Source: an archaeon (GTDB lineage Archaea > Iainarchaeota > Iainarchaeia > Iainarchaeales > CSSED10-239). From it: 32,000 nucleotides of DNA. A program made the translations under genes and the position numbers. The stretch lies in contig JBBABY010000002.1 in assembly GCA_041657425.1 (NCBI GenBank), forward strand, positions 1-32,000, written 5' to 3'. Every line of letters starts with the position of its first letter. Position 1 is the stretch's first letter. Below, piece after piece: positions 16,222 through 25,167 of the stretch. The notes under the pieces are model-generated. The model saw only the letters and a program-made list of their open reading frames with translations. It did no database searches and was not told where the DNA came from.

Positions 16222-17811
16222 ATGACGATTGATTTCTCTAAACTTCCAAGTAATCCTGGTTGTTATTTGTTTAAAGAGGTAACTGGAATAATTATCTATG
16301 TAGGTAAGGCTAAAAACCTAAAGAAAAGAGTATCTTCTTATTTTCTTAATAAAGACCAAGGAGCAAAGACTAGTGCTCTTGTTTCTAATATCTCAACTAT
16401 AGATTTCATAATTACTAATAACGAACTTGAAGCTTTCATCCTTGAAAACACATTAATTAAAAAACATTTACCAAAGTATAATATTGATCTTAAGAGTGGA
16501 CAAAGATATGCTTATGTACAGATTACTAAAGATAGTTTTCCTAGACTTGCAATTTTAAGAGAAAAACCAAATGGAAAAGAAGAAAATGTATTTGGACCTT
16601 TTGTTTCTGGACAAAGTAGAACAGAACTTGTAAGATACTTAAATAAAAAATTTAAGTTAAGAACTTGTAAACGTCTTCCAAAAACACCTTGTACAAGATA
16701 CCATATAGGGTACTGTACAGGCCCTTGTATTGGAAAGATAACTAAAGAAGAATACTCTAACACAATTGAAAACGTTAAAAAGATTTTACAAGGAAAATCC
16801 TCAGAACTTGCAATTTCTTTAAAGAAAGAAATGAGTAGTTATTCTAAGAATCAAGATTTTGAGAAAGCTTTAACCTTGAGAGATCAAATAAACGCAATTG
16901 AATACATTTCTCAGAAACAAACAATGGAAAGGCAACTAAAGTTTGATCAAGATATTATTAATTTCATAATTAAAGATAACAAAATATATCTTCTTTTATT
17001 TAATATCGATAAAGGAACACTTGTAAACAAAAAAGAATTTACTTTTGATAACTCATTAGTCGATATCTCAGTTATTGATGATTTCTTAATCAAATATTAT
17101 GGTAACTCAAATAATGAAATACCAAAAGAACTAATCCTTCCAGTAATTCCAGAAAAAGGAACAAAAGATTATTTAGAAAAAATAAAATCAGAGAAAATAA
17201 TTTTTACAATTCCACAGAAAGGAGAAAAGAAAGAGTTGCTTGATCTTTGCTTGAAAAACATTGAAGCAACTTTCTTCAAAGACGAGCTTGTATTGATTGA
17301 TCTTCAAAAGAAGTTGTCTCTTAAGTTTCTTCCAAGAGTAATAGAATGCTTTGATATCTCTCACCTTTCTGGAACTGGAACTGTTGGCTCTATGGTTTCT
17401 TTCAAAGACGGTCAACCCCACAAAGCAAACTATCGTAGATTTAAGATAAATACTCTTGACAAAGGAAAGATTGATGACTTCAAGGCGATTGCTGAGGTTG
17501 TAAAAAGAAGATACTCTCGTTTGTTAAAAGAAAATATTTCATTTCCTGACTTGATAATCATTGATGGAGGAAAAGGACAACTTTCTTCTGCAGTTTCTGT
17601 TTTAAAAGAACTTGATGTTCTTAACAAAGTAGAGATTATTTCTCTTGCTAAAAGAGAAGAAGAAGTGTTTAGACCTGATTATTTATTTCCAATAAAATTA
17701 AATAAAAAAGATCCTGCTCTTCATCTACTTCAAAGAATCAGAGATGAAGCACATAGGTTTGCTATTACTTACAATAGACTTTTAAGAAAAAAAGAAATAA
17801 GAAAAAGTTAG
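16222..17811 (+). CDS. uvrC: excinuclease ABC subunit C (UvrC), apparently lacking the C-terminal (HhH)2 domain
   Basis: GIY-YIG N-terminus (GCYLFKE...IIYVGKAKNLKKRVSSYF), a UVR-like segment (FEKALTLRDQINAIE) and a C-terminal endonuclease module ending in DEAHRFAITYNRLLRKKEIRKS-stop. Confidence 0.93.
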   Translation: MTIDFSKLPSNPGCYLFKEVTGIIIYVGKAKNLKKRVSSYFLNKDQGAKTSALVSNISTIDFIITNNELEAFILENTLIKKHLPKYNIDLKSGQRYAYVQITKDSFPRLAILREKPNGKEENVFGPFVSGQSRTELVRYLNKKFKLRTCKRLPKTPCTRYHIGYCTGPCIGKITKEEYSNTIENVKKILQGKSSELAISLKKEMSSYSKNQDFEKALTLRDQINAIEYISQKQTMERQLKFDQDIINFIIKDNKIYLLLFNIDKGTLVNKKEFTFDNSLVDISVIDDFLIKYYGNSNNEIPKELILPVIPEKGTKDYLEKIKSEKIIFTIPQKGEKKELLDLCLKNIEATFFKDELVLIDLQKKLSLKFLPRVIECFDISHLSGTGTVGSMVSFKDGQPHKANYRRFKINTLDKGKIDDFKAIAEVVKRRYSRLLKENISFPDLIIIDGGKGQLSSAVSVLKELDVLNKVEIISLAKREEEVFRPDYLFPIKLNKKDPALHLLQRIRDEAHRFAITYNRLLRKKEIRKS

Positions 17812-17818
17812 AATAAAT

Positions 17819-18475
17819 TTAGTCTAACTTCTTATAGCACATCCACCAATCATAACATGAATCTTTATATTCAATTAATCTCTTCTTTGCAGTTTCTGTG
17901 TCTTTTGCAGGTGGAATAATTACTTTGTCTTGAAGTATTGGGTTATTTGGCCAATTTTCAGGAGTAGCAACTTTATATTTGTCTGTTACTTGTAATGCTT
18001 TTAGACTTCTAATAATTTCATCTACATTTCTCCCAATTTCTTGAGGATAGTACATTATCAATCTGATTATTCCTTCTGGATCAATAATGAAAACTGCTCT
18101 AACAGTATTTGTGCCTTTATTTGGATGAACCATTCCAAGTTTACTTGCAATATTTCCAGAATCTGCAATTATTGGAAAAGTAATTTCTGTATTTAATTTT
18201 TCCTTAATCCAATTTTCCCACATTATATGTGAAAATACTTGATCCATTGATAGTCCTAATAATTCAGTATTCAATTTATCAAATTCTGATTTCTTTTTTG
18301 CAAAACTTACAAATTCTGTTGTACAAACTGGTGTAAAATCTCCAGGATGACTAAATAAAACAACCCATTTCCCTTTATAGTCCACTGGTAAATGTTTTAT
18401 TCCGTGTGTTGTTTGAACTTCCATTATTGGAAATTTATCTCCAATTAATGGGAATTTATTTTCTGTATTTTCCAT
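17819..18475 (-). CDS. peroxiredoxin, archaeal Prx6-like type
   Basis: [12 protein letters not shown] with peroxidatic Cys51. The C-terminal CYDWWMC places Cys at 207 and 213, as in Aeropyrum/Pyrococcus-type peroxiredoxins. Confidence 0.93.
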   Translation of the reverse strand: MENTENKFPLIGDKFPIMEVQTTHGIKHLPVDYKGKWVVLFSHPGDFTPVCTTEFVSFAKKKSEFDKLNTELLGLSMDQVFSHIMWENWIKEKLNTEITFPIIADSGNIASKLGMVHPNKGTNTVRAVFIIDPEGIIRLIMYYPQEIGRNVDEIIRSLKALQVTDKYKVATPENWPNNPILQDKVIIPPAKDTETAKKRLIEYKDSCYDWWMCYKKLD

Positions 18476-18488
18476 TTCGTTTCCTCCT

Positions 18489-18716
18489 TTATTTCAATGC
18501 AGAATCTATTTCTGGTCTATTAAATCCAATAATTATCTTGCCATTTATATCAATAACTGGGACTCCTTGTTGTCCTGATTTTCTAATCATCTCTAATGCT
18601 CTTGTATGATCTTGATTTACATCAATATCTTCAAAATCTATATTTTTAGATTTAAGATATTGCTTTACCATTACACAGTAAGGGCATGTTTTTGTAGAAT
18701 ACACTTGTATAGTCAT
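18489..18716 (-). CDS. glutaredoxin/NrdH-like small redoxin
   Basis: 75 aa. [17 protein letters not shown] (CPYC active site) and [15 protein letters not shown]. Confidence 0.85.
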   Translation of the reverse strand: MTIQVYSTKTCPYCVMVKQYLKSKNIDFEDIDVNQDHTRALEMIRKSGQQGVPVIDINGKIIIGFNRPEIDSALK

Positions 18717-18988
18717 ATTTTATCACCTTTTATTTTTTTAGAATTATTAATTATGATTTTAATTAGTTTTTTGTTTTTTAAGCTTATACATTTACTTTTA
18801 CCAATTTTTGTAACTTGAATTATATTTTCTTTCTTCAAAATATCTAATTGCCTTGTAATTGTAGATAAGTCTCTATTTGTAATATTTGCTAAATCTGTAC
18901 AGCAATTCTTTTTATCAGTAATCAACTTTGAGATAATTTCAAATCTGGTTTTATCTCCCAAGGCCTTAAATATTTTATATTCATTCAT
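18713..18988 (-). CDS. ArsR/SmtB family winged-helix transcriptional regulator
   Basis: FKALGDKTRFEIISKL...CCTDLANITNRDLSTITRQLDILKKENII. The start at the ATG at 18988 (MNEYK) is preferred because the longer track ORF would run through the palindromic promoter element. 4-nt overlap with the glutaredoxin gene. Confidence 0.85.
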   Translation of the reverse strand: MNEYKIFKALGDKTRFEIISKLITDKKNCCTDLANITNRDLSTITRQLDILKKENIIQVTKIGKSKCISLKNKKLIKIIINNSKKIKGDKI

Positions 18989-18995
18989 AATTAAC

Positions 18996-19015
18996 ACTTG
19001 TATAAATATACAAGT
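18996..19015. promoter_or_regulatory. inverted repeat ACTTGTATA-AA-TATACAAGT, candidate ArsR operator overlapping a TATA-like core
   Basis: 9-bp perfect arms read directly, located 8 nt upstream of the preferred ArsR start. The operator role is inferred from the usual autoregulation of ArsR-family genes. Confidence 0.4.
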
Positions 19016-19060
19016 ATCAAAATGTTTAAAAAGCAATTTGTTTTATAAAAATTGCAAAAA

Positions 19061-19642
19061 TTAGATTAGATATTTAATTATAATGTCTTCTATTTGCTTT
19101 TTTGTTTCTTTGAAAGATTGTTCTGCGGGCACAACAAGGTCTGCTTCTTTTTTTTGTTGTTCTTCGTATTCTTTACTTATTGGGATTATTTTTCTTTTTA
19201 TATAATCTAGATCATCTAAAAAAGAATCATTTTCTTTTCTTTCTATTCTTCTATGTAATATCTGATCATCAGTTACATCTATAAAAAATTTATAATCAAA
19301 TAAATCTATTAGTGTTTTATTAGTAAAAAGTAAAAACCCTTCAACAATTATTATTTTTTTAGGGAATATTTCTTTATCATATATTTCTGTGCATCTTTTT
19401 GAGGGAATCTTTACAGATTTTCCGCTCTTTAGTTGTTTAATACAATCTATCAATTTATCTATTCTTAGACTTTCTGGTCTTTCCCATTCTATTAAGAATT
19501 TATTTTGCTCATTAAAAGAAATAGTAAATTTATCTGCAGAAATTAATTCTATCAAATCTGGAAAATCAGAAACTAGTTTTTTAGATGTTGTTGACTTTCC
19601 ACAACAACTTCTGCCACATATTCCAATAATTATTGGGGTCAT
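19061..19642 (-). CDS. P-loop nucleoside kinase, uridine kinase-like
   Basis: The Walker A GICGRSCCGKST, the IIIVEGFLLF strand and the 193-aa size fit the uridine/cytidine kinase family. Substrate not determinable. Confidence 0.65.
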   Translation of the reverse strand: MTPIIIGICGRSCCGKSTTSKKLVSDFPDLIELISADKFTISFNEQNKFLIEWERPESLRIDKLIDCIKQLKSGKSVKIPSKRCTEIYDKEIFPKKIIIVEGFLLFTNKTLIDLFDYKFFIDVTDDQILHRRIERKENDSFLDDLDYIKRKIIPISKEYEEQQKKEADLVVPAEQSFKETKKQIEDIIIKYLI

Positions 19643-20271
19643 TTGTTTTCTTCTTTTAATATTTCATATATTTCTTTATTGAGAATAATATTGTTTACTT
19701 TTCCAATCTTTTCTTTTTTTATAATATCATCATCTTCTAAATCTCTTAATATTCTATGTACTTTAAGTTTATTTAATTTAGTTAATTGTATTAGTTCATA
19801 TTGTCTTACAGACCCTCTATTTTCAAGAAGTGTTTGTATTAGTTTTCTATGTGTTGATGGTAACATCTTTAATACTAATTCTGTATTATTAATTAAATGT
19901 TTCTCTGTCTTATTTACTTTCTCTGACATTGCCCAAAATACAATCATTCCAAACAATAGACCAATAAATGCTGCTAAAGGGATAAGATATTTATGATATT
20001 CAAAAATAAATGGTCTTTTTGATTTTTTAAATTCATTATCAAGTGTTTCTCTTGTTTTTTGTTGTTGTATTTCACAAGTGGCATTATCTGTATTGCTATC
20101 ACAAAGTGCTACAAATTTTGGAGTTTGTTGTGTCATTGGACCATTACCGTCAAATATTCTTTCTCTACCAATTTTATCTTGTGCTGATATGTAAAAATAT
20201 ACAGAAAGCACCAATAATAAAAAAGCAACAAGTATTACAATACCTAAAATTACATTTTTTTTAATATTCAT
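19639..20271 (-). CDS. membrane-anchored winged-helix (MarR/TrmB-like) regulator
   Basis: Two hydrophobic helices (VILGIVILVAFLLLVLSVYFYI, LIPLAAFIGLLFGMIVFWAM) bracket a roughly 70-aa loop with two Cys. C-terminal HRKLIQTLLENRGSVRQYELIQLTKLNKLKVHRILRDLEDDDIIKKEKIGK is wHTH-like. 4-nt overlap with the kinase gene. Confidence 0.7.
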   Translation of the reverse strand: MNIKKNVILGIVILVAFLLLVLSVYFYISAQDKIGRERIFDGNGPMTQQTPKFVALCDSNTDNATCEIQQQKTRETLDNEFKKSKRPFIFEYHKYLIPLAAFIGLLFGMIVFWAMSEKVNKTEKHLINNTELVLKMLPSTHRKLIQTLLENRGSVRQYELIQLTKLNKLKVHRILRDLEDDDIIKKEKIGKVNNIILNKEIYEILKEENK

Positions 20272-20304
20272 AGATATAATCTATTGGAAAATGTTTAAAA
20301 AACA

Positions 20305-20395
20305 ATAGTTTCTATTTTCTGAAACCCTAATTTTTATAGTTTTATTATTTTGAAACCATTTTTGTTAGTTTCAAAAAAACATATATATAGTTTCA
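20305..20395. promoter_or_regulatory. array of five GTTTC/GAAAC half-sites in the divergent spacer
   Basis: TAGTTTC 20305-20312, TGAAACC 20320-20326, TGAAACC 20351-20357, TAGTTTCA 20366-20373, TAGTTTCA 20388-20395. These form GTTTC-n8-GAAAC and TGAAAC-n11-GTTTCA inverted pairs. Confidence 0.4.
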
Positions 20396-20435
20396 GTTCT
20401 AATATTATTAGTAATAATAACAAATATAGATAATA

Positions 20436-21134
20436 ATGAAATCACATAAATTAATTGAAATAAAAAATGTTACAAAAACTTATAAAATGGGCGACACAGA
20501 ACTAAATGCATTAACAAATATAAATTTTGATGTATATCGTGGAGACTTCATAATTATCAATGGACCTAGTGGTTCCGGGAAATCTACATTAATGAACATT
20601 GTTGGTTGTTTAGATTTACCAACAACTGGAGAAGTATATTTAGGTGGACAAAATATTACAAAAATTAGAGAAAGCGAACTTGCAAAATTACGAGGAAAAA
20701 CAATTGGCTTTATTTTTCAGCAATTTAATCTAATGCCAACATTAACTGCTCTAGAAAATGTTATTCTTCCTCTTGAATTTCAAAACATTGATCCAACTAA
20801 AGCAAGAATGGAAGCATTAGATAAATTAAAAATCGTAAACTTGGAAGACAGATTACATCACTTGCCAAAAGAGCTATCCGGTGGACAACAACAAAGAGTG
20901 GCTATTGCCAGAGCACTATGTGGAGATCCAGAAATTATCTTAGCAGATGAACCAACAGGAAATCTGGATTCTAAAACAGGAATGTTTGTTATGAATTTCC
21001 TTAAAGAATTACACAAAAAAGGAAAAACAATAATTGTAGTAACACATGATCTCAATATTTCAAAATACGGAGATAAAATAATACACATTATAGATGGAAG
21101 AATAAACAAAATAGAACAAAAAAAGGAGAATTAA
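20436..21134 (+). CDS. ABC transporter ATP-binding protein, MacB/LolD/FtsE-like
   Basis: [38 protein letters not shown] and VTHD. Confidence 0.93.
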   Translation: MKSHKLIEIKNVTKTYKMGDTELNALTNINFDVYRGDFIIINGPSGSGKSTLMNIVGCLDLPTTGEVYLGGQNITKIRESELAKLRGKTIGFIFQQFNLMPTLTALENVILPLEFQNIDPTKARMEALDKLKIVNLEDRLHHLPKELSGGQQQRVAIARALCGDPEIILADEPTGNLDSKTGMFVMNFLKELHKKGKTIIVVTHDLNISKYGDKIIHIIDGRINKIEQKKEN

Positions 21135-21135
21135 A

Positions 21136-22446
21136 ATGATATCAATGAAAAAAATAATATTTTTAACAATACTTAGTTTAATGATATTGCCAAATCTTTT
21201 TGCAGTAACATACAATGAAGGACTAAACTTAAATGCAACACTAATTAATCAAAGTCCTGATCCTGTAAGGTCTGGAGATCTTGTTGAATTTAAATTTAGT
21301 ATTCAAAATTCAGGAAATATAGGAATAAATAATGCAATAGTCACATTAGATTATAGTTATCCATTTGAAGAAGTACCTTCAGAAGATTACAATTTAATAT
21401 TAAATAGAATTTCTCCATTTCAAAAAGAAGATAATGCGCAAATTGTAACTTACAAATTATTAGTAAACAAAGATGCACCAAATGGAGATTATGAAATTAA
21501 TCTAAAGGTTATCAATCCAGAAAATGAAATAGGAAACGTATACAAATTCAATATATCTGTTGCAGCAAAAGATTATGCACAAATAATAACAATAAACAAA
21601 TCAAATATTAGTTTTGGAAAAGTTGAAGATTTAAAGTTTCTTATAACAAACACAGGAAATTCTCCTTTGAAAAATATTGTATTCTCTTGGAGTGATCCAA
21701 CAGAAACTTTACTTCCTGTTAATTCAGATAATACAAAATATATTAAATTTCTAGATGTTGGAAGCTCTGTAGTTGTTGACTATAATGTTATGGCAAATAG
21801 TAATTCTACTCCTGGATTATATAAATTAAATTTAAGTCTTAAATTTGAAAATGAAGATTATAATTCTTCAGAAATAAATACAATTGCAGGAATATTTGTA
21901 GGAGGATTAACAGACTTTGATATTACTTTTGCTGAAAGCAGTAGTGGTAGTATTTCTTTATCTATTGCTAACATTGGTAATGATCCAGCATATTCTGTTA
22001 ATGTCATTATCCCTGAACAAACAGATTACAAAGTTGGTGGAACTAATTCTTCCATTCTAGGAAATCTAGATAAAGGAGATTACACAATTGCTTCATTTAA
22101 TATTTCATCTAAAAGAACTACTGATTTCAATTCCATTTCTTCTGGTTCAAGAACTACTCGTTCATCTACTACAACTACTCAACCTATGAGCAATACACAA
22201 AAAACCGGACCATTAAAAGTTATAATACAATATACTGATTCACTTGGAACTAGAAATTCTTTAACTAAAGAAGTAAATATCCAGACAAGTGGAAGTATTG
22301 TAAGTACAACTGCAAGCACTGGTCAATTTACTAGAAAATCAACTGGACCAAATTGGTATATCTATATTATTATTGGATTAGTTGTTTTAGTTGCTGGATT
22401 CTATGCCTATAAATTCTATAGTAAAAACAAAATAAAGAAGAAATAA
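21136..22446 (+). CDS. secreted, C-terminally anchored surface protein with repeated CARDB/COG1361-like beta-sandwich modules
   Basis: N-terminal signal-like helix. Three similar modules (FSIQNSGNIGINNAIVTL, FLITNTGNSPLKNIVFSW, LSIANIGNDPAYSVNVII). A Ser/Thr-rich linker (SGSRTTRSSTTTTQ) and a C-terminal TM helix followed by basic residues. Confidence 0.7.
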   Translation: MISMKKIIFLTILSLMILPNLFAVTYNEGLNLNATLINQSPDPVRSGDLVEFKFSIQNSGNIGINNAIVTLDYSYPFEEVPSEDYNLILNRISPFQKEDNAQIVTYKLLVNKDAPNGDYEINLKVINPENEIGNVYKFNISVAAKDYAQIITINKSNISFGKVEDLKFLITNTGNSPLKNIVFSWSDPTETLLPVNSDNTKYIKFLDVGSSVVVDYNVMANSNSTPGLYKLNLSLKFENEDYNSSEINTIAGIFVGGLTDFDITFAESSSGSISLSIANIGNDPAYSVNVIIPEQTDYKVGGTNSSILGNLDKGDYTIASFNISSKRTTDFNSISSGSRTTRSSTTTTQPMSNTQKTGPLKVIIQYTDSLGTRNSLTKEVNIQTSGSIVSTTASTGQFTRKSTGPNWYIYIIIGLVVLVAGFYAYKFYSKNKIKKK

Positions 22447-22449
22447 AAA

Positions 22450-23700
22450 ATGAGATTAAAAAAGATATTTGAATTAGCAATCAATTATGTAATTCATAGT
22501 AAGATTAGAAGTTGGCTAACTATACTTGGAATAATTATAGGTGTTTCTTCTTTTGTTGCTATTCTTTCTCTAGGGCAAGGTATGCAACAGGACATAAATA
22601 ATAGAATGGGTTCAATGCAAGTAGACCAGATAAATATAACAACAGGCTTTTCTAGAGCAGGCAGAGCAATGCCTAGTTTTGGAGTAGATAGAGGTGGTGG
22701 TGGGGTCGGTGGTCGACAACCAGAAACTGCAACTGCGGATCTTAATCTCACAAATAAAGATATTTCTGCAATCAAATCAATTCCAAATATTGCAGTAATA
22801 AGCACCGAAGTTTCTGGAAGAGAAACAGTCTATTACAATGGAGAATCAATCGACAAAAGTATTACTGGTGTTGATGTAATCAATTGGTTACAGATTACAA
22901 ATATTGAACTGACCAGTGGAAGACTACTTGGGCCAGCAGATAAATATTCTGTTTTGATTGGAGACAGGATGGCTAATCAAAGTTTTTCTAAAGTCATTCC
23001 AGTAAATTCATTAATTATTATTAATAATAAATCATTTAGAGTTGTAGGAATTATTACAAATAGTCAAGACATCATTATTCCACAAGATGTTGCTTATACA
23101 GCTTTATCAGACACAACTCCTAATCAATATGATAGAATAATCATTAAAGCAAATAATGTTGATGCAGTTGATGCATTAGTTGTGGCTCTTGACAGTAAAC
23201 TAATACTTTCAAGGCATGTCACTACAAAGAAAAAAGATTTTTCAGTTACTGCAATTAAAACCAATATTGAAAGAATGAGTGAAATGAGTAGTTCAATGAT
23301 TCTTTTCTTAGCAGTAATTGCTGCAATCTCTTTAATTGTTGGAGCAATTGGAATAGCTAACACAATGTTTACTTCAGTTCTTGAGAAAACAAAAGAAATT
23401 GGAATTATGAAATCGATTGGTGCAAGTAACTTAGATATTATGCTAATATTTATTTGTACTTCTGCTTTTTATGGAGTTGTTGGCGGAGTACTTGGGGTTC
23501 TCTTAGGGGGAGCAATATCTGGAACACTAGGATCATATATCGGTATTGCAATGATTAGAACTAATGGAAATAGCGCCTTGTCTTTATCTCTTGCACTCTA
23601 CGGTATACTTTTAGCAATAGGCATTAGTGTTCTCTCAGGTTTCTTTCCTGCATATAGAGCATCAAAACTTAAACCAGTAGATGCTTTAAGATATGAATAA
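22450..23700 (+). CDS. ABC transporter permease, MacB/FtsX family
   Basis: N-terminal TM helix, a large extracytoplasmic domain, and a C-terminal FtsX-type three-helix module (EIGIMKSIGASN...PAYRASKLKPVDALRYE). Confidence 0.9.
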   Translation: MRLKKIFELAINYVIHSKIRSWLTILGIIIGVSSFVAILSLGQGMQQDINNRMGSMQVDQINITTGFSRAGRAMPSFGVDRGGGGVGGRQPETATADLNLTNKDISAIKSIPNIAVISTEVSGRETVYYNGESIDKSITGVDVINWLQITNIELTSGRLLGPADKYSVLIGDRMANQSFSKVIPVNSLIIINNKSFRVVGIITNSQDIIIPQDVAYTALSDTTPNQYDRIIIKANNVDAVDALVVALDSKLILSRHVTTKKKDFSVTAIKTNIERMSEMSSSMILFLAVIAAISLIVGAIGIANTMFTSVLEKTKEIGIMKSIGASNLDIMLIFICTSAFYGVVGGVLGVLLGGAISGTLGSYIGIAMIRTNGNSALSLSLALYGILLAIGISVLSGFFPAYRASKLKPVDALRYE

Positions 23701-23709
23701 GTAAATATT

Positions 23710-24135
23710 CTATTTATTTAATAGAATATCATCTATTTCTTTTATCTTTTTTTCTGCAAATGCTTTTTCTCTATTAAAATTAGTTTTTAGAAATTTTAAT
23801 GCAACTGATTCACTACCTGATAATTCCCAACCTGAGTATAATTCTAGGTCTTTTTCTATATGTTTCAAAGTTGTATTCATGTTTCTTTTTATCAGCTCTA
23901 AAGTTTCTTTTGTTGATGATTTTAATATTTGGTGGTTATAATCATAAGTAATTGCTAAATCTCCAATATGTTTGTCTGTTCTCATCATACTATCTAATCT
24001 ATTTGGTCTTGGAGTTATTTCTGCCAATTCTTTTTTTGATTTTACCATTATTTTAAGACGAATCTTCTCTGGAAGTTTAGCAATCGATATCTTTTGTAAA
24101 TTTTTTATTGGCATTTTTTTTGGTCTTATTGGCAT
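23710..24135 (-). CDS. hypothetical protein (141 aa), basic N-terminus, helical
   Basis: ORF with coding-like composition. It is the last gene of the ABC-2 operon. No recognisable motif. Confidence 0.5.
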   Translation of the reverse strand: MPIRPKKMPIKNLQKISIAKLPEKIRLKIMVKSKKELAEITPRPNRLDSMMRTDKHIGDLAITYDYNHQILKSSTKETLELIKRNMNTTLKHIEKDLELYSGWELSGSESVALKFLKTNFNREKAFAEKKIKEIDDILLNK

Positions 24136-24149
24136 AATCCATCATCCAT

Positions 24150-24383
24150 TTATTTCTTTTTTATTTTTTCCGTATTACATTTACAATCTTGATTACAATT
24201 ACAACAATGCCCTTTAGTCATAACTACTCCAAAAATTGCTAAAATTAATGTTGTAAATATAATTATCCAAGCAAATTCTCTTGCACCAAATAATACTAAT
24301 GCTGCAATACCTGTAGCAAATGCACAGACTGTTCCTACTATTGCTACATCTGGATTTTCGTGCTTTTCTTTTTTCTCTACCAT
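24150..24383 (-). CDS. small two-helix membrane protein with a Cys-rich C-terminal tail (HCCNCNQDCKCN)
   Basis: 77 aa. GAGGA lies about 14 nt upstream of the ATG, 23 nt downstream of the ABC-2 permease stop. Two hydrophobic helices are followed by five Cys and one His within 11 residues. Confidence 0.55.
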   Translation of the reverse strand: MVEKKEKHENPDVAIVGTVCAFATGIAALVLFGAREFAWIIIFTTLILAIFGVVMTKGHCCNCNQDCKCNTEKIKKK

Positions 24384-24406
24384 GTTTCTTCAATTTCCTC
24401 TAATTT

Positions 24407-25153
24407 TTATATTTGCATTTTACTAAATAATTTTGAACCTATTACTAATATAATAATTGTTAGAACAGAAAGTAATATTAAGTTACCTAAAATGCTACTT
24501 TGTGCTGTTCCTAATAAACAAGATCTAATTCCGTTTACTCCGTAGGTTAATGGATTTATCTTTGATATCCATTGTATTGCTGCTGGAGCAGTGTTTAATG
24601 GAAATATTGCTCCTGAAAGGAAGAAGATTGGCATAATTAAAAAATTCATAATCAATTGGAAACCTTGCATATCGTCAAGAAGACTAGCAATTGCGGTTCC
24701 AAAAGCTGCAAAGAAAAGTGCAATTAATGCCATAAACAACAAGGCAACAGGAAAGAGTGTCCAAGAAATAATGTTAAATCCAAATAGTAAAGATAATAAC
24801 AAAAATAAAAAACCTTGAGCAAAAGCAACTGTTGCTCCTCCAAGTGTTCTTCCAATCATTATTTCAAGACGAGGAACTGGAGCAACTAGTGTTTCTTTCA
24901 AGAAACCAAATTGTCTATCCCATATAATCTCAATACCAGACATTACTGAGGCAAAAAGAATAGTCATTGATACCATTCCAGGAACAAGAAACTGCATATA
25001 ATTTCCTTGTCCTGCTTGTGCATAAATGGAACCAAATCCAAAACCAAAAGCAACTAAAAACAATAAAGGCATAGCTAAGGAACCAATCATTCTTGCTTTA
25101 GATCTATAGTGTCTTTTAATCTGCCTTAACCATAATACGCCTATTGTGTTCAT
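24407..25153 (-). CDS. ABC-2 type transporter permease
   Basis: 248 aa with six hydrophobic helices. The N-terminal LWLRQIKRHYRSKARMIGSLAMPLLFL is typical of the ABC-2/DrrB-like family. It sits directly downstream of its ATPase. Confidence 0.88.
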   Translation of the reverse strand: MNTIGVLWLRQIKRHYRSKARMIGSLAMPLLFLVAFGFGFGSIYAQAGQGNYMQFLVPGMVSMTILFASVMSGIEIIWDRQFGFLKETLVAPVPRLEIMIGRTLGGATVAFAQGFLFLLLSLLFGFNIISWTLFPVALLFMALIALFFAAFGTAIASLLDDMQGFQLIMNFLIMPIFFLSGAIFPLNTAPAAIQWISKINPLTYGVNGIRSCLLGTAQSSILGNLILLSVLTIIILVIGSKLFSKMQI

Positions 25154-25167
25154 CTTTTTCTTCCTTT

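Noticed and set aside
20305-20395. GTTTC/GAAAC repeats as a possible degenerate CRISPR array
   Set aside because: The units are only 7-8 nt, are irregularly spaced (8-30 nt) and occur in both orientations. There are no cas genes and no repeat-spacer periodicity anywhere in the window.
5265-24135. Shared N-terminal pattern M-x-P-K-L-x-K-P in the orphan proteins at 5265-6101 (from its second ATG) and 15401-16117, and a looser MPIRPKKMPIK in 23710-24135, as evidence for a paralogous family or targeting signal
   Set aside because: The similarity covers only about 8 residues of lysine- and proline-rich sequence, and the rest of the proteins do not align by eye. This is insufficient without a profile comparison.
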